Shown here: positions 26,237 through 37,419 of the stretch, in pieces
How positions within the stretch are numbered: position 1 is the stretch's first letter
Layout of the letters: each line of letters opens with the position of its first letter
NCBI GenBank assembly: GCA_047495785.1
Contig: JBLDXI010000026.1
Coordinates: 372,001-436,000 of the forward strand
Direction of reading: 5' to 3'
Origin: Lepidodermella squamata
Taxonomy: Eukaryota; Animalia; Gastrotricha
DNA: 64,000 nt
The notes under the pieces: generated by a model
Database searches by the model: none
What the model was told of the DNA's origin: nothing
The model's input: the letters and a program-made list of their open reading frames with translations, nothing else
Position numbers and translations under genes: made by a program

Positions 26237-26392
26237 TAATATTCGTATTTAGATTTATTTTTGAAACACGTTCGACAAATAAAGAGGCGGCATAATATTT
26301 GAAATTGTTGTTCATTTTGTTCCCCTTCGCTTTTCGAAAACAACGTGTGTTGTATACGTCCACAGTCCCTCCATTGTGTTTGTATCGCGCGA

Positions 26393-26590
26393 CGGGACTG
26401 GCACTGCGAGGCGGCGGGCCGCCCGCGGTTTTGGTTACGAACGCGAGCGGGCCTCATGCTGGGCTATAAATTTGACGACAAACAGCGTTTCACCTATTTA
26501 TATAGGAAATTTAAGGCTGCTCCCATGTGTAACAGTCTACTATGGCCTGCCGTCAACTCCGCCGCCAACCTACACCTGCACCGGCCTGCC
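26393..26590 (+). repeat. GC-rich dispersed repeat (second copy ~47772-47960)
   Basis: GGGACTGGCACTGCG...GGCGGGCCGCCC...TGGTTACG...TCATGCTG...TTTATATAG.GAAATTTA.GGCTGCT at both sites. Confidence 0.75.
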
Positions 26591-26782
26591 ACGGCCTGCC
26601 ACTGATTGCTGCGTTTCGGCATGGCCCCTTACCAAAATTACTTCGGATTTCAACCACAAATACAAGTCAGTAAAAATTTGAAAATTTTCCACTGAATCTA
26701 ATTCTAAAACCAATTTATTTTAAAATTGACAAAACAGTAGGCCAAATGTTCAAGGAAAAAAGTTAGGATAGATCGACAGTCG

Positions 26783-27696
26783 ATGTAGATGTCATTTAGA
26801 TGTGATCTTTTTTGGTGCGAGGATGCATCTTAGATGTAACTTACATGAATCGTGGATGATCGCTAAGCTTCATGTACAATTCATCCGAGCATCATCTTAA
26901 CATGAAGCCATGATGATACATGGCCTTATCTACATGATATCTACACGACAAGTAGATGCGATCATCTACATGACAAGTAGATGCGATCTACATGACAAGT
27001 AGATGCGATCTACATGACAAGTAGATGCGATCTACATGACAAGTAGATGCGATCTACATGACAAGTAGATGCGATCTACACGACATCTACATGGCATCTA
27101 CATTTCATGTAGATGTGCACTACATAATTTGACAAAATCATGTCATAAAGATGTCGTATCGATAAACACCTTAAGATTATGGGTAATTTTCAGTCGACAT
27201 GACTTCTAACCCATTGAACTCTTAATTAGTATTATTAGTATTATTATTAGTATTAAATTGAAATAATTTCATGAGAAGCCTTGGGGCGACCCTTTAGGCT
27301 CTGGGTTACAATGGCGCTCCCCTCAGCTCGCGAAGGCAGGGAGTGAACGCTTAGGTTAAACTCACCCACGCCCAGTCTCGTCAAAAACCGTCTGAATATG
27401 AATTAATTGGAAAATTTTTTAGGGTTGACCACCTCTTTGAGTGAGAATTGAAACAACAGCTAAATTGATTTGCATATGCACAATTTTGAAAATAATCAAA
27501 TAAATTGCTGTAGACTTGGTTGCATCTAAGACACATCTATACATCATGTACAATTCATCTTTCATGATTCCTAAATGATGGAGTTGACATGTAAGATGCA
27601 TCTTGTACCCATCTAGAACACTTGTTTGACATGCATCTTACATGTGTCTTACATGCAGCCGACATGTGACGGTCTCATATAGATGACATCTACATC
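26783..27696. repeat. AGATG/CATCT-rich element with terminal inverted repeats and an internal 21-bp minisatellite (~26939-27080)
   Basis: About six tandem ATCTACATGACAAGTAGATGCG-type units; outer GATGTAGATGTCAT and ATGACATCTACATC are reverse complements. Confidence 0.65.
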
Positions 27697-30072
27697 AGGC
27701 CAGGATGATCCCTTTTTTTTCCTTGGGTTGTTTCACCGGTCTGGCCGAGCTGGGGGCATGATAATCGCACACCGAATGCAGTATTATAGATATCGTTGGG
27801 GTCCAAAGGGTCATTCTTGAAGCCTCAGTAATCAAAAGCATTTGGGGCGAGCTGTCACATATCATATCATTCCACATTGTTTCATTTCAACCTCAGACAC
27901 TCTCCAATGTTCAACTCATTCCCTCTCACAAAATGCTGGACAAATTCTTGTTTAGACCTTTCCTGTTAGAGGTCAAACCACACTGCTTCATTTTGCTCTC
28001 TGCAATTCAATATGCTGCTGCAATGCTCCGAGCTCAGATGAGCGTGCAATAACGATCAATATTTGTGCTCCATTAAATTGTCTGCTAAGCTTGACTGCGT
28101 AAGCACACGTACATACAGCAATCACGCGAGCAAAGACTCGAACAGCCATCCTTTAATACTATCGCTTGACTCGGTGAGAGCACCCGGTTGTAATATGCGA
28201 AAATGTGACGATTTTTCATTATTTGCGTTATTGAAGCAAGGCTCGTGCCACACCATTTCCTTTTCCTATTTTCTCATTGAACTTGATATGAGTGTGTTCA
28301 TAGAAGCTCATCGATTATGATATACTAGACGATAGTCCTTAATGTGGCATCAAAAGATATACAAGTATTAAGAAAGAGGTGACAATGCTAGTAAAAGTAT
28401 CTGTTTTATGGGATGATTGCTCACAATATCAAGCTTTCTTTCTCGCGCGACTTCCTGATTGCACTGTACGTGTTTTGGTCCGATCTGTAATTGAGCATAT
28501 GTTTAATACAGCAATCAGGCCAATCCGAAAAAATGCATTGTGTTACCATAAAAGCTCTTATTATGGAAAAGTGGGACTTATGACGGGTCTATGAAGTCAG
28601 GAAAAACATGATTAACATGTGAATAATCAATAAGCGAATAGAAGGGTGTCGATTTCTGATGGCTGTGAAAATTTTTTAATATGTTTAAGATGTTGCTAGA
28701 TTGCAAATACCCATATAAAATCCATTATAAGTTGAACACACACCCCGAATTTATCTACTTTTATTTTCTCAACACTCTATCGGCCGAAGGTTTTCGCGTG
28801 TATCTTTCCTGCAGCGCCGGGGTTTTTTCAATGAACCTAGCAAGAAATTCGACCCCCAGATAATTATATGTTCACGATAGGGTTGTTAAACTCTTCAGTA
28901 GTAAGTGTCAGGTGTCCGGCTGGAGAGTAGATGCAGAAAATTCACAGTCATGATCTTCGCCTGAGCACCAATCAATGAATCTCGGAAGGAAACTTATAAT
29001 TTGATTGATTTATATCGATTTTACGTGCACACTTTGCTAGGACTCGTCAGGCCTCCAAGCGCCTTGAAGCGAATCTAAAAAGTATGTCCCTATCAAATTG
29101 TTTACTTGCGTTTTTGTTGGCATTGCTGATGATTATAGAAGCTATGGAGATCCATGCTGCTTGTAGGGTATTATTTGTTTATGTTATTTAGGAGCCATAA
29201 CGCCTGGAAGAGGACAGCTCAGACACGTCACATCTTCAACAGCCAAATGTTATTCAATAATGATGTTTGCTACAGGTTTTAGTGAAAATAAATTTTGTAT
29301 GGAAACAGACGTTAGGCATGTTGCTTGCAAGGTGTTATATCTTTAATATATGTGTAATCCATGTTCTCATATTTAAATTATTCCAGATATGCGGCAAGTC
29401 AGTCGTGAAGCGAAAAAACTACTTTCCAGGGCAATGCTCGGCGTGTCAGGTAAAAAACTAACTTCGACATGGAGCTTTTAATGTTTAATGTACAGAAATT
29501 CTTCACTCGGCAAGCTTCCAGGCGCTTTGAATTTCAGTGTCTTACTGGTAGCAGTAATTGCGAAATCGTTCCAGGAAAAACTCGTGGTTGTTGCACTCGC
29601 TGCCGTCTTGAAAGGTGCTTCGCTTTACGATTAAGCGCAGGTTGAATATCCACAGACGATTGAAGTTCGGTAAATTCAGTCTTTTACTTCAGCACTGAAA
29701 AAGAGCAGCGATAAGAATACTAATAACGAATCAGAGGCCAAAGGTCAGGAGAACACTGCCGATAATTGGACCCAGGCAACGATCCCAGGCAGCCCAGATC
29801 TTCTCCACCTTAGAATTGCAGAGGAAGCCACAAAAAGCTCAATTGTTGGGCTCACCTTTCTGCATGACATGAATTCAGTAAGTTGTTTGAGTTTCCTCAG
29901 TCCACATTGTTTTTATTCGTTCCTAATTTAGTTTCCGCTTCGAAGAAGAAATTTTCCTTATCATGATATCTCAATTATGGCATCGGAATTTTCTACCGAT
30001 CAAGTGAGAATCTACAACGATGTCGGCATAAGGTTCGCACAGTACATGAAGCACATTTACGGATCCGCGGTG

Positions 30073-31376
30073 GTTTCCTCCGGCCACTAAACCACTGTGA
30101 AAGGATAGTTTTCTCTTACAATTATTTGCTCGCACGCTATTGGTCGATTCAGAAATAAACGCGGGAGTCGCATTAATGCCGCTGCGAAACAAAATAACCG
30201 TCGACTAATTCATGGCTAATAATGCAGACCGGCGCAAATATAAGAGACTCATTTTCAGACGCTGTTGAAAGTGAATTTTTTTAGGATGATTGAAACATTT
30301 TTCCTAAAAAACTCCCAAATCCAGTGAAATCAATTATTGAAAAATGAGCAGAGGTTGTGAATTTTACTCTAATTTCGAATTTCAACATTATTGACGCCTT
30401 TGACTCCTTGCTGAAAATTAGAAAAAATTGGAAAAAATCACCCAACTCGATCGCCATAACATTCAACAATAATTATCAATTGGGATCGCTGAAAACTGGA
30501 CGCAAAATTCAGCTGCACTCGATAATGAAATCAACAGGCTGCTTGTTATCACTATTTACAATCCTGAACCCGGGTTTTTTCAGGCGGACTTGGAATATCA
30601 AAAAAAAAATGTTTAATAAAACCGAGATTAATTTTTTTCGTTATTCAAGGGTAAGGTTGTCATTACTGTCATTACAGTATTGCAGTTTACGTTCATTCGC
30701 GCTGCTTTCGTGGCTTAATTCGTTTTTTCTGCAGTAGCAATATCACATAGCAATAAAATTTGCTCTCACTATTTTTTGTTTTGCACCACGCAAACACTCC
30801 GCACAATAATTAATTAGGTCACTACTACACTAAATTATGAATGGGCATTACGGTTTTTTCGACAAAAATGGGCGATAAAATTGAGCTCTGAAAATTTAAA
30901 AAAATAGGATAGCATACTTTCCAACATCCAATGGAAAATTATAACTAAATTTGTGACCATCGATTTAAAAGCAGAAAATTGATAATGGGTAATTTTTTAT
31001 AGTTTTGAATTATGCCAAGGCGTGATTTTTTGAATATAAATAGTTCAAATTGCTTGCAAATCGAGGCCTTAGTTTATTTTCTCCAATAACTGATTGTTAA
31101 ATTTGAGAAATTCGTTCGAAATTTACAAATTTCTTAGTGGGATAATTTTCGCTAAAAGTCATTTTTTACAGTTTGTGAGAATGTGTTTCTTAATAATTGC
31201 GTCGGTCTTGACTATTAGCCACAAATCTGCGACAATTCTGCAAAGTCGACGGTTATTTTGTTTCACAGTGGCATTAGTGCGGTTACCGCGTTAATTTTTG
31301 AATCAGCCAATAGTGTGCAAGCAAATAATTGTTATGGAAAAATAGCCTTTCACATCGTTCTAGTGGCCGGAGGAAC
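30073..31376. mobile_element. 1.3 kb inverted-repeat module present only in the left arm of the Foldback element
   Basis: 30073-~30250 and ~31200-31376 are diverged inverted copies (TTCCTCCGGCCACTA...AAACAAAATAACCGTCGACT); absent from the right arm. Confidence 0.7.
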
Positions 31377-33841
31377 CGGGCTGAAGTGTGCGACGAACAT
31401 CACGAAGCAATGGGTTCCGCCTATCTGGGACATTGTGCCACCCGTGTGCCAGCTAGAGGACGTTATTCTGAGTAAATCAAGGTGTATTGCACCCTTATAT
31501 CACTTACCATCATGAAACTGGAGCGAAAAAACGAATTTGGGACATTTTCAGGTCATCCGCGACTGGCATTAGCGTCGCTTCATGTGGTGCGACAGCGTGT
31601 GCCAGTCGTGGAAGTAACTGGGTAAGGGTAAAATTTTACGCTGAATCAGAATTTGCAATCCTTTTTTGTACTGCTATCATGGTTTTAGAGATAAAACAGG
31701 TTTTTGACCTCAAAATGTGACAAATTGACATTTTTCGTGACCTTTGACCCCAGGTGAGCATGTGCCACCCTCAAAAATGACACCATTCGATAGAGCGCCT
31801 ATGATTACCCTACCTGGTGGTGCTTTGTCGAGGGTTTAATCATTGCTCGATTTTAAATAAATTTTGAAATGAAAAATTGTGGCAGGATCGCATAGAAGTC
31901 AATTATTTTCATCATTTGACGCACCGCCGACACATGAAAAGCTTTGTGCCACCAACCAAATGTGTTGTGCCAGTAGCAGAATTTTTCGGCAAATCCAACG
32001 CAACAAACCCCGTGTTTATAGCTATCACCCTTGTTAAGGTAGAACGATTTTTGTGAGACAAGTCTGAGCAAACATTCCCTCGGGTTGATACCGGGAAAGA
32101 AAATTCGATATCAGTGGATGCTCCGGAACGTTTGTGCCAGTAATAAAATGTAATGTGCCAGGAGCAGAAGTTTTCGGCGAATCTAACGCAGCAAACCCCG
32201 TGTTTATAGCTATCACCGTTTTTAAGATGGATTGAGTTTTGTGAATCAACTTGAGCAAGGATACGTTCAAATGAGGAAATTGATACCGACATTCTATTTT
32301 AATGGCTACTCCGAAAGGGCTGCGCCAGCCTCACTATGTGTTGTGCCAGTAGCAGAATATTGCGCTGAATCCAACGCTGCAAACCTCGTCGTCGTAGGTA
32401 TCACCGTTTTTGAGGTGGATCGCTCTTTATGATTGACATCGCAACAATAAACTCGCACAACATATTATGCGCACAGTTATGGCACCCGCAGAATTCCTAT
32501 TTCAATGCAACAGCCTCCGCCAAATTTGATAAAAATCAAAATCGAAAAGATGAAAAATATCAAATTATCAGAGAGCAGAATAATCGCAAATCGCAAACCA
32601 CACCGATCTCATTTGTTCACCGTACACGATATTTATTAATATATGCGAGACACGGCATCAGAATTCGACGCAGACATGGCGCGGCCTTGTCGGCGCGCCC
32701 ATATCAATAAAGCGAACAAATCGCCGAGAAATCAATAAAATCTGACAGGTGAGCACAAGCCCATGACCCAAATAAACGTGGTAAACAAGTTGTAAACAGG
32801 GGGTCACATGAACGCAGTAGGCCAAAGATAATGACTCTTTGCTCTAGTGGTACAGTGATCTGAGATTGATCGAATAGGCCACCAATGAACTTTTGTACTT
32901 TTGTACTGCCGATTTTTTGTAGAAACCCTCTATTTTTCTTTATTGTTATTATCTACGCGAAATAGAACTTTTTTCAGCATAATCCTTTATTTACGTTATA
33001 TTTTACATTCTAGAAAATGTTTGCCGTTTTTTCATTCAGGCTTTAAGTTTTGGCTGCGATTATAGCCCTCCTTAAATTTGTCGAATATTGACCAAATTTA
33101 ATACAATTTTTACTGCCACCAAATTTTCCTGAACCTGGATTTCGCCTGATCGGTAAAATGCGATTTCTCCCGAAAATCAGTGAGTTATTATTAAAATATA
33201 TTCGAAGGTTATAGATTTTTATTACCTGGGCCACTTGGGCGTAGACTCCTAAAAAAATGGCAGGGTGGCATTCTTAAGTATCTCACCCAAGCCGCTGATG
33301 AGTGTCACGAAGCCGTTAATTTGGTCGTTGATTTTCGCAATGTTTTTTTCCCTAATAATTCGATAAAATTTGGCCGCGCAATATGCCGATTAATTTTGGC
33401 GCAATAATTTTACTGCATGTGTAAAGTTGCGCATAATTTCCTATCAACTTTGAGTATTTTCCTGATCATGGCCTTGAGAATTGGCACAATTTTCCAAGGC
33501 ATGAGACTCAAGACATCGAAAAATTCAGAAATTTTGCAGGCGTTGCGCCTTATTTGAATTTTATAGCGTTTTTATAGCTTGCGACACATTGGCGGCTATT
33601 TGAAAACATACAAGTTGGGACTTAGGTTGACACCAAAGATAGGGTAGAAAGTTCCGAAATATCACCGAGTCTGATTTTATCTGATTATTAACGGAAGAAA
33701 AATTGTTCGCTTATTTTTAGCTGAATACTGTGAACTACAACTTGGGAACTACGTCGTAGGACTTCCCAACATTTTTCCAATTTTGCCAACATTTGATTGT
33801 TTTTCTTAAGGTGGCGAGTCTTTAAACATGGCATTCGCTTT

Positions 33842-36800
33842 ATGCCTCATCGTGAGTGTCTCCTGCTGCCTTTTCTCGATCAACGTCAATGCAGCTAAAC
33901 GGCGGGCAAAACCATTACCTGCAATTGATATCAATAAAGTTCGAGAATACTTTGCGAACAATCCTACTGCTACTGTAGATGGTTAGTTGTGGGACGAATT
34001 GATAAATCAGCATTGGGGTAATTTATTTGCTAATAATTCCATAGGTTGGCGCAGTGATCAGTGTACTGTCGGCCAAATCTCTGCCTTCCTGTTTGGGCGG
34101 AATCACGATAGTATTCGGCATAGATTGCACACCTTTATCAGGCGGCAACCAGAATTCGCGGATAGGGTGACACACCGGGACATTGACGCGGAACTTCCAA
34201 CAAGCCATTTCGCCAGCGACCCAACCGCGACCGATGCCGTACCTTCTGGTAACAACCTCGCTTTTCAACCGACCCCAAACGAACCGCTCTTTCCTCCTGT
34301 GTATTTTACGCAGGAGGAATGGGCAAAGTGTCAGCCATCGTGCAGAAACCCTGCAAAGCTGCGGTCCGGCTGGACAACCATGTTCCGCCACAGGCTGTCG
34401 GCCGAATATAATAAATGTGGTTTAATCAGTTTCTACAACTACGTCGGCGGAGACGGAATAGCTCGGGGAGGTTTCAGATGTTCTGAGAGGAAATGCCGCA
34501 GCTTCAAATTTGTAGTGGATCCCTCGAAATTGACCGAAGAAAGAAAGATCATGGCGGAAATTTCTGCATGTGGCACCTTGAATCACCCGCCAGTCAAGCT
34601 TCGTCCGGTTTACCTGCGAGGTTTTGTCAGGGAAACTGTTGCAGAAGAGCTGCGCAAAGATAACCCTGCCGTGTACCTGTGGAAGCTGATGGCTGAAATA
34701 AACAAACTGCGCAACAAAGGTCAGCTTTCAAATAATTCAGGATATTCAAAAACAGCTTCACCTGATGTTAATGGGAACTAATTGATTTTGCGACGATTGT
34801 TGAAGAATTGGATCCGAAAAATATTTTTTTTTGAGCTGGCGTTTTATTAAACTTTTCAGTGATTTTAATCGTAGACAATTTCACGCACTCAATTGTCTCC
34901 ACTATGTCCTTTGTCCTAATAGCTTTTTCCTTGATGGTACGGATTTTCATCTGTCTTCGAACGGGCATAAGAAATTGATAATTTGGAAGGGTAAAGGGAG
35001 AATATTTTTTAATGAGATTTGTGTGATATCAGCGTTGTAAGCCTTCAACTTATTAGAGAACTGAAGTTCCAAGGCCGAAATAAGCTTAGCAATTATATAG
35101 ATGCTGTAATCAGATTCAGTAGAAGCTGTTTGAAGTCAATCTGGTTACTGAACTCTTTAGGTTTTTCCGTCGGCTGAGTAAAAAATGGCTAACCAAGTTT
35201 CAAGTGTACTTTTTCTGAAAATTTTGCACGCAATTTCAGTGCTTGATCTGGCCATTGTTCGTTTCGCATCGGTAGTCCGATGTTAAATAACTTCACCTGC
35301 TGACATCGTGGCGGCGGTGGTTGGTTTAATGGCGAAGCTAAAACCGTGCAGCGGCGTTTGACTAGGATTTATCCACCTGACCCGTCTTGAAACACGGACC
35401 TAGGAATCCTAACCTGTGCGCGAGCCATTGAGAGTCAAAAGGATGACAGGAAAGAAGGCGCCTTGAAAAGCGCCGCGGGTGACTCCGGTCATTACGTTGC
35501 CGTGCGTCTCATTAACAATGAGGCTTACCTCTATGACGACTTGGTCACATCGTCTGGCGTTCCTATTTGGAAGAAGTTCGACATTTCCAATATTCCAAAA
35601 CCTTACGAAGGCTATTATCCGACTTTACTCTTCTATTGCTGTCCCCGACCTTTGCCTGAATATCCGCCTCGTGAAGCAGATCCGGTCGCGTCCAATCATC
35701 AAGTCGAGAATCAGTCAGCTTCCCAACAGCACGTCCACACTACGGCAGAACAGCCTTTTCCCAAAAGCGTTCGTTTCACTGAGGAAACTATGTGAGCTTT
35801 GCAAAATGCAGTAAATTTCAATTTGAAAAAAATGATTCCTATTAGGACGACATCGGCGAATCTCAGCGAGCCTTGCCCTGAATCTCGGAGAATTGGCCGT
35901 AAGAATAATGAGGCCCGATCTTCCAGCTCTGCGCAGTCCAAACGAGCTCAATGGAACCCTTCCACGAAAACAGATGAACCCAAAGCTTCTACCAATCAGA
36001 AATCAAAGGCGAAAAATCCGCGGAAAGGAACAAAGCCAACCAAACTGTCCAATAAACCCGTCAAAATTTCGAAAAATGCTGTCGAGCCCTCTCAATTTTC
36101 GCGATCTATTCCGAAACAGTCGAAGCTTCCGCCGCCGCAAGTGTTGTCTGGCGCATCTCCGCCGAAATATACGAAATTCCAAGAATTCTCTAGAGTTGGC
36201 AATATGCTGCGCGAAGAGCTAGAAGTTGACGAGGAAGGTTGCTGGACCCAAGCTCAACAACGTCTTTACCAGCTATCAACCAACCCGGCTCCATCTTTGG
36301 AAACAATCCCCACTGATCCAACGTTACCGTTTCATCAGCCGACTCGCCGCTCTACCATCATTGTCAGTCACGGCAACTTAGTTCAGCTGGAAAATTTCGC
36401 AGTGATTCGATCTGGAGCTTCGACAGTCACTGACACGAAATTGCTAGATACCGTCATCCAGGGTTTTTTCGACTTGAAAGATCATCTTTGCGAGGGGATG
36501 TTTACTGGTTTTCTGCGTTCTCAGCGCGGAATCCAAATCTCCGAAGCTCGCTCGAACCGTGTCATGCTACTGGAAATGCTATTTCCGGCAGATGTTTCCT
36601 TGCCATCACAGTGGAGCATGGATGACATATGCCCGGGGGAACTCTGCCAGTACTTGTTCAGCCTGAATCGGTGCATGATTACGGTGGGATTCGGTGTATG
36701 CTCCAGTGTGGATTGTCCCAAAAAAGCAGCCTATCAAATGCAGCTCTACAATCCCTTCTTGTGGCTCGAACCTGGATCGTGTGTTTTGGCGCATATTAAT

Positions 36801-37419
36801 ATTTCGTTCTATGTAATACTTCGTTTTCATTCAGATTCAAGAGTAAAGTCGACATCAGCCGCGCACTGGCCCTAAGAATGCCGAGGAGTTGCGAAACTCG
36901 TAGATGTGGGCTACCTGTCGTAAACGGTCCCCAGGAAATGTAAAAACATGAATTTGGTTATTAATTTGACAATTAATTCGCCGAGATTTCAGGTTTTGCA
37001 TGGGCGAAAGAATGACATCAACCGCCTCTCACCAAAATGGGCCCTCGCCTGTTGTTGTCATTCATATCAAAGGCGGCGAACCAGCCCCGCTTGTATTAAG
37101 GCAGCTTGAAGCATCGATCAATTTCGGCAGACACACGTGAGTTCTAAAATTACAGCGTAAAATCCTAGATTAAACATTTTTGACATGTGACAATTTCAGT
37201 TACGAGCTGGCCTTCGTCACGGTGCGAAAAACCTTTTCAGCGTTGCATCCTCCCGGTCGTGGAATTCTACGATTATCTGAAACCAACGACAGCTACATTT
37301 TCGAGATTGACGGGGAATTTCATCGAAATATGACGTGGGAGTCGAGCTACATTCGAGGGTTCCTGGTTGAGCTGATCGTGTACTGCAAACCGCAGATAAA
37401 TACCGACTTGGAAAAGTGA
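33842..37419 (+). pseudogene. NOF-like transposon protein gene: N-terminal Cys/His DNA-binding-like region, USP-like His box and a second degenerate USP-like domain; in-frame stop and no recognisable DDE core
   Basis: MPH|PKRRAK start, in-frame TAG at 33984-33986, GWT...C...F...C..C...H....R...L.G..R pattern in ORF 33987. GHYVAVR...YLYDD...YPTLLFY in ORF 35463; intron 35792-35845 joins it in frame to ORF 35799. Confidence 0.6.
35373..35470 (+). rRNA. Diverged 28S rRNA fragment (conserved core between D2 and D3), non-functional
   Basis: CCACCTGACCCGTCTTGAAACACGGACCTAGGAATCCTAACCTGTGCGCGAGCCATTG matches the eukaryotic LSU motif GACCCGTCTTGAAACACGGACCAAGGAGTCTAAC. Confidence 0.85.

Noticed and set aside
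26939-27080. 21-bp repeats as a possible CRISPR array
   Set aside because: Units are directly adjacent with no unique spacers, there are no cas genes, and the context is eukaryotic; this is a minisatellite.
29144-29175. Additional NHR gene start (MEIHAACR|gtatta)
   Set aside because: An isolated exon 1 duplicate ~150 bp upstream of copy 6; at most an alternative first exon, not a separate gene.
31950-32430. ~190-bp repeats (mirrored at 38340-38810) and their short ORFs as genes or a CRISPR-like array
   Set aside because: They are subterminal modules of the Foldback arms; the ORFs recur only because the DNA is repeated.
33828-33900. Signal-peptide-like start MAFALCLIVSVSCCLFS for the Foldback gene
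   Set aside because: The hydrophobic stretch is better explained as an intron (GTGAGT...GCAG), giving a basic MPHPKRRAK start.
35373-35470. Functional rDNA locus
   Set aside because: Only ~100 bp is recognisable, with substitutions in conserved positions and no 18S, 5.8S or remaining 28S sequence.
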